Made by a program: the position numbers and the translations under genes
The notes under the pieces: generated by a model
The model's database searches: none
What the model was told of the DNA's origin: nothing
Seen by the model: only the letters and a program-made list of their open reading frames with translations
Assembly: GCA_016204005.1 (NCBI GenBank)
Contig: JACQLS010000030.1
Span: 25,952 to 89,951, forward strand
Direction of reading: 5' to 3'
Source of the DNA: Parcubacteria group bacterium
Lineage (GTDB): Bacteria > Patescibacteriota > Minisyncoccia > Phycocordibacterales > UBA2135
DNA length: 64,000 bases
Part shown: positions 9,801 to 18,952 of the stretch, in pieces
Layout of the letters: every line of letters starts with the position of its first letter
Numbering within the stretch: the stretch's first letter is position 1

Positions 9801-10391
9801 GAAACATGGCCCAAATATGAACCAAGGTTTCCGATTTGGCCAAACCCGATGGCGCTTTTTCACCGCATTTTCCGGTCACACGGCGATATAAAGATTCTTG
9901 AAGACATGGCAGAGGTACGACACATCGTGTCCGTTGCTCTCGAAGCGCGTGCAAGCGCGGGCATTAAGGTGCGTCAACCCCTCGGGAAACTCTCTGTTAA
10001 AAGCAAAAAAACAAAAATCGTCGGCAATGAAGATCTTCTCACGTTAATTAAGGATGAGGTAAACGTAAAAGAGGTCGTGTTCGATTCGTCTATCAGAGAT
10101 GATGTCGAGCTCGACACGGAAATAACCGAAGAGCTAAAAGAAGAGGGGGCACTCCGCGATCTTATTCGTGTTGTTCAGGATTTGCGCAAGAAAGAAGGTT
10201 TGAATCCCGGTGACAACGCTGTTCTCTTGGTTACTGCGGGCGTTTCGGAACAGCAGTTTATAAAGAAATTCGAAGATGAGCTCAAAGATTCGACAACAGT
10301 TGAGATGGTTGAATTTGGCACCGAGATGCGCGGTGAAGAAGTGAAGGTAGATAACTTTACGTTTAACTTGAAGCTAAAAGCTAAAAGCTAA
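6831..10391 (+). CDS. ileS: Isoleucine--tRNA ligase carrying an inserted histidine-phosphatase (PGAM-like, RHGE) domain between the catalytic core and the anticodon-binding region
   Basis: PPFANGLPHYGH (HIGH), KMSKRLKNYPEP (KMSKS) and the N-terminus MSDEQ...LEREILRFW are typical of IleS. Residues ~500-720 contain LMRHGEARSN...SPLERTKETA...IVSHADPLWAL, which are histidine-phosphatase signatures. The ORF track start is 6756 (TTG); 6831 matches homolog N-termini. Confidence 0.85.
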   Translation: MSDEQNSQKKSVADLEREILRFWRDNKIFEKSLAKKSPKGEYTFYDGPPFANGLPHYGHILAGVLKDAIPRFQTMRGYHVARRWGWDCHGLPVEYEIEKELGLKTKREIEEYGIQNFNKKAREAIMRYADDWRQIIPKTGRWVDMDRDYRTMDSSYTESVWWIFKSLYDKGLVYEGFKPMHLCPRCETTLSNFEVSQGYKDITDITVTVRLPLSKEKNTSLLVWTTTPWTLPGNMAAAVNPSVVYAKYRLSDPVEEFVIIAKDRGEEILKDKKYEIVEEFMGNTLVGRAYEPPFSYYKDAPLKHKGNAWKVYGADFVTTTDGTGIVHIAPAFGEDDLNLAKENDIPVVHHVGTDGKFKKEVADFVGESVKPANDLQATDVLILKNLSSRGLLFAKEKIQHPYPHCWRCDTPLLNYAASSWFVQVTAIKDALVSANKKISWVPSDIRDGRFGKWLLGARDWAVSRSRFWGAPIPAWRCQKCERVEIIGSLSELQERSADSGNTFFLMRHGEARSNKEGFVSASVSARNNLTEKGKREVDKAAKFLRRQSIDLIIASPLERTKETAFRTAKNLGLKKDKVIFSDLIRETGVGVFEGKPISEWQSQFSSLEDKFKIRPQGGEHINDIKSRIIPFLYETDRKYTKKNILIVSHADPLWALYMGALGYTEKQAIEVHGRKKDFIKTAEVKKLDFAPLPHDEAYTLDLHRPYIDELKFKCLCGGKMKRVPEVFDCWFESGAMPYGQMHYPFENKDIFDPEKQRGFPAHFIAEGLDQTRGWFYSLLVLGVALFGEPTYKNVITNGLVLAEDGRKMSKRLKNYPEPTDVIEKYGADALRFYLLSSPVVRAEDLRFSEEGVREIQNKVMSRLRNVVSFYHMYAGDTSDGGSVPKSNNVLDTWVRVRLTEVVNKVTEAMEQYELDKAVRPLAEFIDDLSTWYLRRSRDRFKSKDESDRKNAVATTRYVLVETAKLIAPFAPFVAEEVYRSLSPNVESVHLETWPKYEPRFPIWPNPMALFHRIFRSHGDIKILEDMAEVRHIVSVALEARASAGIKVRQPLGKLSVKSKKTKIVGNEDLLTLIKDEVNVKEVVFDSSIRDDVELDTEITEELKEEGALRDLIRVVQDLRKKEGLNPGDNAVLLVTAGVSEQQFIKKFEDELKDSTTVEMVEFGTEMRGEEVKVDNFTFNLKLKAKS

Positions 10392-10394
10392 AAG
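10371..10394 (+). repeat. Tandem heptamer repeat (AGCTAAA x3.5) at the ileS 3' end, encoding the C-terminal KLKAKS; near-identical copy at 21856-21879
   Basis: Direct reading: aagctaaaagctaaaagctaaaagct. Confidence 0.7.
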
Positions 10395-10398
10395 CTCC

Positions 10399-10986
10399 GT
10401 GTATACCATCTTTCACACCGATGCGATCGTGCTTGGGGGTAACGATCGTGGGGACGCGAGCCGCGCGCTTTCCCTTTTTACACGTGAGCACGGTCTCTTG
10501 TATGCCCACGCCCAAGGACTTCGTGAATTAAAATCAAAACTTCGATATGCCTTGCAGGATTTTTCCTATGCTCATGTTAATCTCGTGCATGGTAAAAGTG
10601 GGTGGAAAGTGACCAGCGCGCTTCATAAGAGTTCTTTTCTCCCACACGGCGAGATGAGGGCGCGCTTGGGTGCTATTGTACGGGTGTCGAAACTCTTGCG
10701 TCGCCTTCTCCCGGAAGAAGAAAAGAACGAAGCACTGTATGACGAAATTCTTCAAACGTTTTCAATGATTAAAAGCACCCCATTTAGTCCCCAATATATT
10801 TTCAATGTTGAGGTTATTCTTGTCATGCGCATCTTGGCGCTTTTGGGCTATTGGGGAGACGATGTTCGTTTTGCTCCATTCCTCGAGGAAGATATTGCGA
10901 AAGAAGAGCTGCTTCAACAAATGATGAGCATTAAACCTTTTGCTATTCGTGAGATTAATAAAGCGCTTAAAGAAACCCAACTGTAA
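10399..10986 (+). CDS. recO: DNA repair protein RecO (short form)
   Basis: N-terminal OB-fold pattern (TDAIVLGGNDRGDASRALSLFTREHGLLYAHAQG) typical of RecO; 195 aa. Confidence 0.55.
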   Translation: MYTIFHTDAIVLGGNDRGDASRALSLFTREHGLLYAHAQGLRELKSKLRYALQDFSYAHVNLVHGKSGWKVTSALHKSSFLPHGEMRARLGAIVRVSKLLRRLLPEEEKNEALYDEILQTFSMIKSTPFSPQYIFNVEVILVMRILALLGYWGDDVRFAPFLEEDIAKEELLQQMMSIKPFAIREINKALKETQL

Positions 10987-11009
10987 ATCCATTTCCTGTG
11001 TGCCATGCA

Positions 11010-11035
11010 AAAACCCGCAAGAGCTGCGGGTTTTA
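11010..11035. terminator. Bidirectional terminator hairpin (aaaacccgca agagc tgcgggtttt)
   Basis: Inverted repeat with A/T flanks between convergent recO and the lipoprotein gene. Confidence 0.65.
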
Positions 11036-11042
11036 TCACTCG

Positions 11043-11570
11043 TTATCTTTTTTGAATCAGCTTCGCATCTCCGCCCGTAAAGATAAAGACGTCGAATGTC
11101 TCTCGTTCAAACGTATAGAGAGCGTGTATGAACCGAACCACGTCGTTCGTGCCCCGCACTTGCACATCCTCGCCTATTTGCCCGACAACCATCACGGTTC
11201 CTGAAAGGGTGCCGCACACATCATCAAACAAGAAGAGGCGTTCCGGATTGTATCCGAATTGTTCGAAGATATCGAGTGCTGCAAGAGCAACCTCCTCCTC
11301 AAAACACGCGAAGTAGTAGGTGTCGGTTAAATCTTTCTCTTCGCCAACAATATACGGGCCTTCGTGGTCAGCCCGCGCTTGCGGAATGGAGAGCAGTAGT
11401 ACTGCGAAGAGAGCGGTAACAATAAGGCATGCGACGAAAAAGGGACGCAGACCCTTCATTGGTTTTTCCGATCCAGAGTCTCTCTCGAGAGTATGCCCCG
11501 AACAACCGGCTGTCAACAGGAAGGTAAACAAAAACATTCCGAGTAGGCGGAATGTTTTTGTGAGCCCCAT
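11043..11570 (-). CDS. Putative lipoprotein (lipobox LTAGC), unknown function
   Basis: N-terminal signal peptide with L-T-A-G-C lipobox; no recognisable domain. Confidence 0.5.
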   Translation of the reverse strand: MGLTKTFRLLGMFLFTFLLTAGCSGHTLERDSGSEKPMKGLRPFFVACLIVTALFAVLLLSIPQARADHEGPYIVGEEKDLTDTYYFACFEEEVALAALDIFEQFGYNPERLFLFDDVCGTLSGTVMVVGQIGEDVQVRGTNDVVRFIHALYTFERETFDVFIFTGGDAKLIQKR

Positions 11571-11773
11571 TAGGACTTCACAGTAAGATGTTTGTTTGCC
11601 TTAATACACTTGGTGCAGACCTTCATCCTTTTCCCCGAAGGCAATTTCGCCCACTGTAGGTTGGGTTGTCTCCGGCGTTTACCGGTCGGGTTGAACTGCG
11701 TTGCGCGGACACGGTTTGAATAGCTTCCGCCGACGAAGGATGTTTTTTCACACAATGGACAAATTCGAGCCAT
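11570..11773 (-). CDS. rpmB: 50S ribosomal protein L28
   Basis: MARICPLCEKTSFVGGSYSNRV...RRRQPNLQ matches the L28 consensus. Confidence 0.8.
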   Translation of the reverse strand: MARICPLCEKTSFVGGSYSNRVRATQFNPTGKRRRQPNLQWAKLPSGKRMKVCTKCIKANKHLTVKS

Positions 11774-11824
11774 ACTTCACAGGTTTAGAATATAACCAAG
11801 CTATGGTATCATACTGGGGTAAAT

Positions 11825-12493
11825 ATGGCAATTGAGCTATTTATTCCCCTCATTCTTATACTCATCATCTCTGTTGTCGCGCACGAGGTGTCACACGGGT
11901 ATATGGCAGAAATATTGGGAGACAGGACAGCGCGTCTCGCGGGTCGCCTCACCATGAATCCCCTGAAGCATCTTGATTTGTGGGGATCAATCCTTATCCC
12001 CCTTCTTCTTATTGTCACTAAAGCGGGGTTTCTTATCGGGTGGGCAAAGCCGGTGCCCTATAATCCCTACAATCTTCGTGACCAAAAATGGGGCGAGGCA
12101 AAGGTCGCCATAGCTGGCCCGCTCGTCAATGCATGCATTGCTATTATTTTTGGGATTCTTGTCCGTTTCGGCACACAAAGCGGTTTTTTTGCGAATGTGG
12201 CACCAGAAGCGGTACACATGCTTGCCTTTGTCGTATACATTAACCTCTTGCTCGCGTTTTTTAATTTAATTCCCATCCCACCACTCGATGGGTCCAAGGT
12301 GCTTGCTGCGCTCTTGCCCTTTCATCTGGCGGAGCGATATCGAGCAGTAATGGAGTGGGCGCTTCAGTACGGTTTTTTTGTTACTGTTGCGTTTATCTTT
12401 CTCTTCTTCTATTTTCTCTGGCCATTCTTCTTTGCGTTTCTCGCGCTACTCTTCAAGCTCATTACGGGGGTCTCTCTATCGGTATTCCTTTAA
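11825..12493 (+). CDS. Site-2 protease family (peptidase M50-like) integral membrane zinc metalloprotease
   Basis: HEVSHG (HExxH) inside a transmembrane helix; multiple TM segments. Confidence 0.6.
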   Translation: MAIELFIPLILILIISVVAHEVSHGYMAEILGDRTARLAGRLTMNPLKHLDLWGSILIPLLLIVTKAGFLIGWAKPVPYNPYNLRDQKWGEAKVAIAGPLVNACIAIIFGILVRFGTQSGFFANVAPEAVHMLAFVVYINLLLAFFNLIPIPPLDGSKVLAALLPFHLAERYRAVMEWALQYGFFVTVAFIFLFFYFLWPFFFAFLALLFKLITGVSLSVFL

Positions 12494-12501
12494 GAAGGGG
12501 G

Positions 12502-12530
12502 TTGCATTTTATAATGCAGTATCCTATAGT
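12502..12530 (+). promoter_or_regulatory. Sigma70-like promoter for the rpsL-rpsG-fusA operon: -35 TTGCAT, 17-nt spacer, -10 TATAGT; spacer contains the palindrome tgcattttataatgca
   Basis: Hexamers and spacing read directly from the sequence. Confidence 0.55.
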
Positions 12531-12568
12531 GACTAGTACTTGGCTTTTGCGCCGAGTTTTGTTTTAGC

Positions 12569-12979
12569 ATGACAACGATTAATCAGCTGATTAAGAGACG
12601 AAGAAGGACCCCAAGAAAAAAGTCAAAAACACCCGCAGTTGGGCGTGGTTTTAATACACTCAAAAACAGACCAGTCTTTTACCCGTCTCCTTTTAAGCGT
12701 GGGGTATGTGTGCAAGTGCGTACCACAACGCCGCGTAAACCGAACTCTGCTGTTCGAAAGATTGCACGTGTGCGTCTCACTAACGGTCAGGAAATAACAG
12801 CGTACATTCCGGGAGAGGGGCACAACCTGCAAGAACACTCGGTAGTTTTGGTTCGTGGAGGTAAGGTAAAAGATATCGGCGTGCGCTACACGATTGTCCG
12901 CGGTATTCTTGACACAACAGGTGTTGAAAAGAGGCGACAAGGAAGAAGCTTGTATGGCGCAAAGCGTCCTAAAAAGTAG
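12569..12979 (+). CDS. rpsL: 30S ribosomal protein S12
   Basis: [10 protein letters not shown] and the overall S12 sequence. Confidence 0.9.
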   Translation: MTTINQLIKRRRRTPRKKSKTPAVGRGFNTLKNRPVFYPSPFKRGVCVQVRTTTPRKPNSAVRKIARVRLTNGQEITAYIPGEGHNLQEHSVVLVRGGKVKDIGVRYTIVRGILDTTGVEKRRQGRSLYGAKRPKK

Positions 12980-13000
12980 ACATATTAGATTTTCAGTACA

Positions 13001-13471
13001 ATGAGGCGTCCAGTCAAAAAACGACATATTGTAGGGCCTGACTTCAAATACAATTCTCCTAAGGTTGAGAAGTTTGTTAACTATGTCATGAAAGATGGTG
13101 AGAAGACAGTTGCACGAAAGGTTGTCTACACTGCATTTGATGAAATTGCAAAGAAGACAAAAACAGAGAACCCGCTTGAGGTGTTTGATAAGGCGATCAA
13201 AAACGTTGGTCCGACCGTTGAGGTCAGGACGCGCCGCATTGGTGGCGCCAACTATCAGGTTCCGCGTGAGGTGAAGGCAGATCGACGCCTGGCGCTCGCC
13301 ATGCGATGGATTCTTCTTGCGGCCCGCGGCAAAAAAGGGCGCCCCATGCACTTGAAGCTTGCTGACGAGCTTATTGCCGCGTCCAACAATGAGGGCGAGG
13401 CCGTACTGAAGAAGGCAAATGTCCACAAGATGGCTGAAGCCAACAAGGCCTTCGCCCACTTTACGTGGTAG
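13001..13471 (+). CDS. rpsG: 30S ribosomal protein S7
   Basis: S7 consensus N-terminus and length (156 aa); follows rpsL. Confidence 0.9.
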   Translation: MRRPVKKRHIVGPDFKYNSPKVEKFVNYVMKDGEKTVARKVVYTAFDEIAKKTKTENPLEVFDKAIKNVGPTVEVRTRRIGGANYQVPREVKADRRLALAMRWILLAARGKKGRPMHLKLADELIAASNNEGEAVLKKANVHKMAEANKAFAHFTW

Positions 13472-13504
13472 TGATAGACCATATCGATCTCGCAGTTCTG
13501 TTGT

Positions 13505-15652
13505 ATGAAACGTGACTATCCACTAGAGAAAGTTCGAAACTTCGGAATCATTGCCCACATTGATGCCGGGAAAACCACCACTTCTGAGCGGGTTCTTTTT
13601 TATACTGGAATGACGCACAAAATCGGAGAAGTGCACGAGGGAGACACGGTTACTGACTGGATGGAACAGGAACGTGAGCGCGGTATTACTATCACCGCAG
13701 CAGCCATCACCTGTTTCTGGACAAAGACAGACGAGACAGATAAGACGAGCATAGAAAAAAAATACCGTTTCAATATCATTGATACCCCGGGCCACATCGA
13801 CTTCACCGCGGAGGTGAAGCGTTCACTCCGCGTTTTGGACGGCGCCGTCGTCGTCTTTGACGGAGTTGCCGGAGTTGAGCCACAATCAGAAACAAACTGG
13901 CGTTACGCAGACGAGGCCCAGGTGCCCCGTGTCTGTTTCATTAACAAGCTGGACCGCACAGGAGCATCATTTGAAAGGTCCTACGCAAGTATTCTTGATC
14001 GTTTGAATAAAAATGCCATACGTCTGCAGATCCCCATTGGTGAGGAGAGCGCCTTTGAAGGAGTCGTCGACCTTCTCAAAATGAAAGCGTATCGCTTTGA
14101 AGGAGAAATGGGCGCAAAGGTTGTTGAAATCGAAATCCCCGAACATCTGAAGGCCGCCGCAGAGGGCTATCGGCAAGAGCTTGTTGCAAAGATTGCTGGC
14201 GAGAACGATGAGTTGATGAACGCTTACCTTGAAGGCAAGGAGATCCCCATTGCTGATCTTAAAAAAGTACTCCGAGAACTTGTCATTAAGAATAAGATTT
14301 TCCCGGTATTTGTTGGCTCTGCTCTTAAAAACAAGGGCGTACAATTGGTGCTCGACGCGGTTGTTGACTATCTGCCAAGTCCGCTCGATGTTCCTGCGGT
14401 TATCGGCACCGATCCGAATACAGGAGAAAAGATTGAGCGACACCCATCTGATGAGGAGCCGTTTGCTGCGCTGGCTTTCAAGTTGCAAAGTGACCCATTT
14501 GTTGGACAGCTCACGTTCTTTCGCGTGTACTCCGGATCTATTGAAGCCGGTTCTTATATTTACAATTCTACAACGGGTGAAAAAGAGCGTCTTGGCCGTA
14601 TCGTTCGGCTTCAGGCAGACCAGCGTGAAGAGGTGAAGAAGGTTTTTGCCGGAGAAATTGCCGCGGCGGTCGGACTCAAGGGCGCCAAAACGTCGCACAC
14701 GCTCTGCGATGAAAACAAGCCGATTATTCTCGAACAGATCATATTCGCTGAACCTGTTGTTTCAATGAAAGTTGAACCAAAGACAAAAGCTGACCAAGAG
14801 CGTCTCGGCATGGCGCTCTCACGCCTCGTTGATGAAGACCCAACATTCCGCGTTAAGACTGACACGGAAACGCTCGAGACCATTATTTCAGGCATGGGTG
14901 AGCTTCACCTCGAGATTTTGGTTGATCGTATGAAGCGTGAATTTAAGGTTGAAGTGAATGTCGGCGCCCCGCAGGTTGCGTATCATGAGACGGTTACCGC
15001 ATCGGCAGAAGCTGAATCGAAATACATCCGTCAGACAGGTGGTCGTGGTCAATACGGTCACGTAAAGATCAGACTAAAGCCGCTTGAGGCAATCGAGGAG
15101 GGGGCGAAAATTCCAAAAAACGTGAAGCGCGAGGATCACTTCGAGTTTGTTAACTCCATCAAAGGAGGTGTTGTGCCCCAAGAATATATTCCACCCGTTG
15201 AAAAAGGAGTTAGAGAAGCCATGGAGCGGGGCATTTTGGCCGGATTCCCGGTTGTCGATGTTTCGGTTGATCTCTATGACGGTTCATACCACGAAGTAGA
15301 CTCCTCCGAACTCGCCTTTAAAATCGCTGGGTCGCTCGCGTTTCAGGATGCCGCGAAACGAGCAAAGCCGGTGCTCCTCGAGCCCATTATGCGCATCGAA
15401 GTCGTTGTGCCCAAGAAGTTCATGGGGGACGTTACGGGGAACCTCAACTCGAAGCGTGGCCAAGTGACAGACATGGAAGAACGGGGTGAGCTCCAGGTCA
15501 TTCACGCGCTCATTCCTCTCGCAGAAATGTTTGGCTATGTGACGACCCTTCGCTCTATGACTGAAGGCCGCGGTACCTCCACCATGGAATTTGAAAAATA
15601 TGAGATAGTGCCGCGCCACGTGGCAGAAGAGATTATTGCGAAACGCGCGTAA
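13505..15652 (+). CDS. fusA: Elongation factor G
   Basis: AHIDAGKTTTSERVLFYTG G-domain; 715 aa; str operon context. Confidence 0.92.
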   Translation: MKRDYPLEKVRNFGIIAHIDAGKTTTSERVLFYTGMTHKIGEVHEGDTVTDWMEQERERGITITAAAITCFWTKTDETDKTSIEKKYRFNIIDTPGHIDFTAEVKRSLRVLDGAVVVFDGVAGVEPQSETNWRYADEAQVPRVCFINKLDRTGASFERSYASILDRLNKNAIRLQIPIGEESAFEGVVDLLKMKAYRFEGEMGAKVVEIEIPEHLKAAAEGYRQELVAKIAGENDELMNAYLEGKEIPIADLKKVLRELVIKNKIFPVFVGSALKNKGVQLVLDAVVDYLPSPLDVPAVIGTDPNTGEKIERHPSDEEPFAALAFKLQSDPFVGQLTFFRVYSGSIEAGSYIYNSTTGEKERLGRIVRLQADQREEVKKVFAGEIAAAVGLKGAKTSHTLCDENKPIILEQIIFAEPVVSMKVEPKTKADQERLGMALSRLVDEDPTFRVKTDTETLETIISGMGELHLEILVDRMKREFKVEVNVGAPQVAYHETVTASAEAESKYIRQTGGRGQYGHVKIRLKPLEAIEEGAKIPKNVKREDHFEFVNSIKGGVVPQEYIPPVEKGVREAMERGILAGFPVVDVSVDLYDGSYHEVDSSELAFKIAGSLAFQDAAKRAKPVLLEPIMRIEVVVPKKFMGDVTGNLNSKRGQVTDMEERGELQVIHALIPLAEMFGYVTTLRSMTEGRGTSTMEFEKYEIVPRHVAEEIIAKRA

Positions 15653-15670
15653 CTACGAATAGTGCAACTA

Positions 15671-15702
15671 AAACACACCCACTTCACAGTGGGTTTGTTT
15701 TT
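15671..15702 (+). terminator. Rho-independent terminator after fusA (cccact tcac agtggg + tttgttttt)
   Basis: Hairpin plus T-run. Confidence 0.6.
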
Positions 15703-15718
15703 ATCACGGCTCTAAATC

Positions 15719-15747
15719 TTGACCAAAATAGTTTAATGTGCTAGAAT
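15719..15747 (+). promoter_or_regulatory. Strong sigma70-like promoter (-35 TTGACC, 17-nt spacer, -10 TAGAAT) with GAGGAGG SD preceding the ORF at 15782
   Basis: Read directly from the sequence. Confidence 0.6.
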
Positions 15748-15781
15748 CTTTTTAGTCCTGCTTGAGGAGGCGGGTTGAAAG

Positions 15782-16114
15782 ATGTCGAAAAACGACTCTC
15801 GCCACGAAGACATTGAAAGCCTGGCTTCAGTTGGCGCCCTGGTGAACGGGCTCCCGCATGAAGGCGAAGAAGAGTATGATAGGAGAAAACGAGCGCTGAA
15901 GAGACAATTTGGTAAGCTTTCTTCTCGCGAACTTCGCGCAAAGAGGAGAAAAATCGGTATACAACTGTTATCCGATTTACTGTCTCTGGACGCTGAAGGG
16001 CAGAAGAAGCTCAAGCGTCTTTCGACTGAAAGACTTCGCGCAAAGTCGAAAAAGATAGCGGAAAAAACCCTCGCTCAACTGGAGGAGCCAGCACATGAAC
16101 ACGCGTCAATATAA
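15782..16114 (+). CDS. Hypothetical K/R-rich small protein (110 aa)
   Basis: ORF with a good promoter and SD; no recognisable domain; predicted coiled-coil/basic. Confidence 0.45.
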   Translation: MSKNDSRHEDIESLASVGALVNGLPHEGEEEYDRRKRALKRQFGKLSSRELRAKRRKIGIQLLSDLLSLDAEGQKKLKRLSTERLRAKSKKIAEKTLAQLEEPAHEHASI

Positions 16115-16496
16115 ACCTGAGCAACTTGAGACGTTGCGGCAACTCCGCAGCACTATTCAGCAATATGGAATGCACATTGCATCGAAGCCGTTTGCTATCT
16201 TCACCCTTCGAGCTGCAAAGCGAAAGCATCCGCTTGAATTCGTCTGTGCGTCACCAAGCGATCACCCGGTCTTCAATCAGGCCGCCATCGTCCGCTTGTA
16301 CCGCGGAAAGGTACGCATTCAGTTCTTCTATGCGAATACATGGCCTCGTCCCATAACGAGGGCTCTTGTTAAGGAATTCGGCAAGCGGGTAGAGTTTGCT
16401 GAGAAGTCCATATGGGGCCACCGCGAGCTCCTTGGAGAGAAGGCAAGGACCTGGAAGGAGTACGCGACTCCAAGTGAGGTACAGTCTTTTGTATAA
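16095..16496 (+). CDS. Hypothetical protein (133 aa), overlaps the upstream ORF by 20 nt
   Basis: ORF only; no recognisable domain. Confidence 0.4.
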   Translation: MNTRQYKPEQLETLRQLRSTIQQYGMHIASKPFAIFTLRAAKRKHPLEFVCASPSDHPVFNQAAIVRLYRGKVRIQFFYANTWPRPITRALVKEFGKRVEFAEKSIWGHRELLGEKARTWKEYATPSEVQSFV

Positions 16497-16502
16497 GTGT
16501 TT

Positions 16503-16526
16503 CAACCGCCGAATGGCGGTTTTTAC
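16503..16526 (+). terminator. Terminator hairpin (aaccgcc gaat ggcggtt + TTTT)
   Basis: Read directly from the sequence. Confidence 0.6.
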
Positions 16527-16574
16527 GTGGCAAAGAGCAAAAACGCTCGTGTTCTACAGCTATAGTGACTGGGG

Positions 16575-16602
16575 TTGACTCTTTTCCGCAGTTTGCTATA
16601 GT
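16575..16602 (+). promoter_or_regulatory. Sigma70-like promoter upstream of tuf (-35 TTGACT, 16-nt spacer, -10 TATAGT)
   Basis: Read directly from the sequence. Confidence 0.5.
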
Positions 16603-16695
16603 GGTAGAAATCGCAATCGGTGCGCATTTTTCTTTTGGAAACAGGGCGCCGAGAGAATAATCATTAGTAATTACTTATTAATAATCTAATTTTTT

Positions 16696-17889
16696 ATGGC
16701 AGAACAATTTAAGCGAGACAAGCCACACGTTAACGTGGGTACCATTGGCCACGTTGACCACGGTAAGACGACTCTCACCGCAGCTATTCTTCACGTTTTG
16801 AACCTCTTGGGACACAAGGTGAAGTTGCGTGGTGTTGATGAGATCGACAACGCGCCTGAGGAAAGGGAGCGTGGTATTACTATCGCCCTCTCACACAACG
16901 AATATGAGACGGCGAAGCGTCACTATGCGCACATTGATGCTCCTGGTCACGCAGACTATGTTAAGAACATGATCACTGGTGCCGCACAAATGGACGGCGC
17001 AGTACTTGTTGTTGCTGCGACTGATGGCGCCATGCCACAGACACGTGAGCACATTCTCCTCGCAAAGCAGGTGGGTGTTCCAAAGATCATTGTCTTCTTG
17101 AACAAAGTAGACATGGTTGATGATAAAGACATGGTTGACCTCGTTGAAGAAGAAGTGCGTGAGCTTTTGACTAAGTACGGATACGAAGGAAAAGAAGTAC
17201 CTGTAATCCGCGGATCGGCGCTCAAGGCGCTTGAAGCGACGTCAAAAGACGACCCATGGGTCAAGGGGATTGCCGAGTTGGCAAACGCTCTTGATGAATA
17301 CATCCCACAGCCAGACCGTGATCTCGACAAGCCATTTCTTATGCCTGTCGAAGACATTTTCTCCATTGAAGGTCGTGGTACGGTCGTTACTGGTCGTATC
17401 GAGCGTGGAAGGGTCAAAGTAGGCGAGGAGGTTGAAATCATTGGTATTAAACCGACCTCAAAGACAACGGTGACAGGTATTGAAATGTTCAACAAGTCTC
17501 TTGACGAAGGTCAGGCAGGCGACAACGCAGGTATTCTTCTTCGTGGTAGCAAGAAAGAAGATATCACACGCGGACAAGTACTCGCTGCGCCTGGCTCTGT
17601 TACACCACACACGGAATTTGACGCTGAAATCTACGTTTTGACAAAAGAAGAAGGCGGCCGTCACACTCCGTTCTTCACCGGCTACAAACCGCAGTTCTAC
17701 ATCCGCACCACAGATGTTACGGGTGAAATGTTGCTTCCAGAAAGCGTGAAGATGGTTATGCCGGGTGACACAATCACCATTAAGGCAAAACTTATCGCCC
17801 CAGTTGCGCTTGAAGAGCAGCAACGCTTCGCGGTTCGCGAAGGCGGCAAGACTGTTGGCGCGGGAGTTGTAACCAAGATTACTGTTTAA
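16696..17889 (+). CDS. tuf: Elongation factor Tu
   Basis: [26 protein letters not shown]; 397 aa. Confidence 0.95.
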   Translation: MAEQFKRDKPHVNVGTIGHVDHGKTTLTAAILHVLNLLGHKVKLRGVDEIDNAPEERERGITIALSHNEYETAKRHYAHIDAPGHADYVKNMITGAAQMDGAVLVVAATDGAMPQTREHILLAKQVGVPKIIVFLNKVDMVDDKDMVDLVEEEVRELLTKYGYEGKEVPVIRGSALKALEATSKDDPWVKGIAELANALDEYIPQPDRDLDKPFLMPVEDIFSIEGRGTVVTGRIERGRVKVGEEVEIIGIKPTSKTTVTGIEMFNKSLDEGQAGDNAGILLRGSKKEDITRGQVLAAPGSVTPHTEFDAEIYVLTKEEGGRHTPFFTGYKPQFYIRTTDVTGEMLLPESVKMVMPGDTITIKAKLIAPVALEEQQRFAVREGGKTVGAGVVTKITV

Positions 17890-17957
17890 GGCTCTAGGCC
17901 TTGGGCACTAGGTGCTAGAAAAATGCTTTAGTACCTAGCCCCAAGTTCTCGATCATC

Positions 17958-18326
17958 ATGGCAACGGAAACAAAACAAAAGAAAACAGCACGACCTCGAA
18001 AGAAGAAAGAGGAAGCGCAGGTCCACCGCCTTCGTATACGCGTCATGGCGTATGAGAACAAGGTGCTTGACGCAAGCGTGAAGCAAATTATTGACACGGC
18101 AATGCGTTACGGAGCAGATCTTCATGGGCCAGTGCCGCTTCCAACGGAAATCAAGAAGTATACGGTTAACCGTTCGACATTTGTACACAAAAATGCCCGT
18201 GAACAGTTTGAAATGCGCATTCACAAACGACTTATCGACATCGTGAATCCTTCGCATCAGGTTATTGAGTCCTTAACAAATCTCACGTTGCCGTCAGGTG
18301 TCAATATCGACGTCAAAATGATCTAA
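17958..18326 (+). CDS. rpsJ: 30S ribosomal protein S10 with a K-rich N-terminal extension
   Basis: RLRIRVMAYENKVLDASVKQI core; about 22 extra N-terminal residues. Confidence 0.88.
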   Translation: MATETKQKKTARPRKKKEEAQVHRLRIRVMAYENKVLDASVKQIIDTAMRYGADLHGPVPLPTEIKKYTVNRSTFVHKNAREQFEMRIHKRLIDIVNPSHQVIESLTNLTLPSGVNIDVKMI

Positions 18327-18327
18327 C

Positions 18328-18948
18328 ATGTCATTCCTTCTCGCAAAAAAGCAGAATATGATTCAATACTTTGATGAAAACGGGCGGGCATACCCCGCTA
18401 CTGTTTTAGTTGCGGGACCGACTACGGTGACGCAAGTCAAAAGCACTGAAACTGACGGATACAATGCCGTACAAGTCGGATTTGGGGAACAAACCCACAC
18501 GCGTCTCTCCAAGGCGCTTCGAGGGCATCTTAAAAAGTCAGGTACGAGCGCTCGTCATGTCAAAGAATTTCGCACTCCTGAAGTTCCAACACAAACTGTT
18601 GGGGATGTGGTGCGCGTAGAAGACGCCTTTAAGGTTGGCGATACTATTGTCGTAACGGGCATCTCCAAAGGCAAGGGGTTTCAGGGTGTTGTGAAGCGCC
18701 ACGGATTTGGTGGAGGTCCACGATCACACGGACAAAAGCACTCAGAACGTGAGCCGGGCTCTATTGGCGCAACGTGGCCACAGCGCGTCATCAAAGGCAT
18801 GAAAATGGCCGGTAGAATGGGTAGCGACCGCGTGACAGTAAAAGGACTCAAGGTTTTGAGTATTGACGCTAAGCAAAACCTCTTGGTAGTTAGTGGCGCA
18901 GTGCCAGGAAGACGGGGTACGCTCTTAGAGGTTAGGAGTAGCAAGTAA
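18328..18948 (+). CDS. rplC: 50S ribosomal protein L3
   Basis: L3 consensus; S10 operon order. Confidence 0.9.
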   Translation: MSFLLAKKQNMIQYFDENGRAYPATVLVAGPTTVTQVKSTETDGYNAVQVGFGEQTHTRLSKALRGHLKKSGTSARHVKEFRTPEVPTQTVGDVVRVEDAFKVGDTIVVTGISKGKGFQGVVKRHGFGGGPRSHGQKHSEREPGSIGATWPQRVIKGMKMAGRMGSDRVTVKGLKVLSIDAKQNLLVVSGAVPGRRGTLLEVRSSK

Positions 18949-18952
18949 CAAC

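Noticed and set aside
12623-13459. 278-aa ORF on the minus strand
   Set aside because: Entirely antisense to rpsL and rpsG, whose identities are unambiguous. Shadow ORF.
13967-14698. 243-aa minus-strand ORF
   Set aside because: Antisense to fusA; shadow ORF.
16956-17495. 179-aa minus-strand ORF
   Set aside because: Antisense to tuf.
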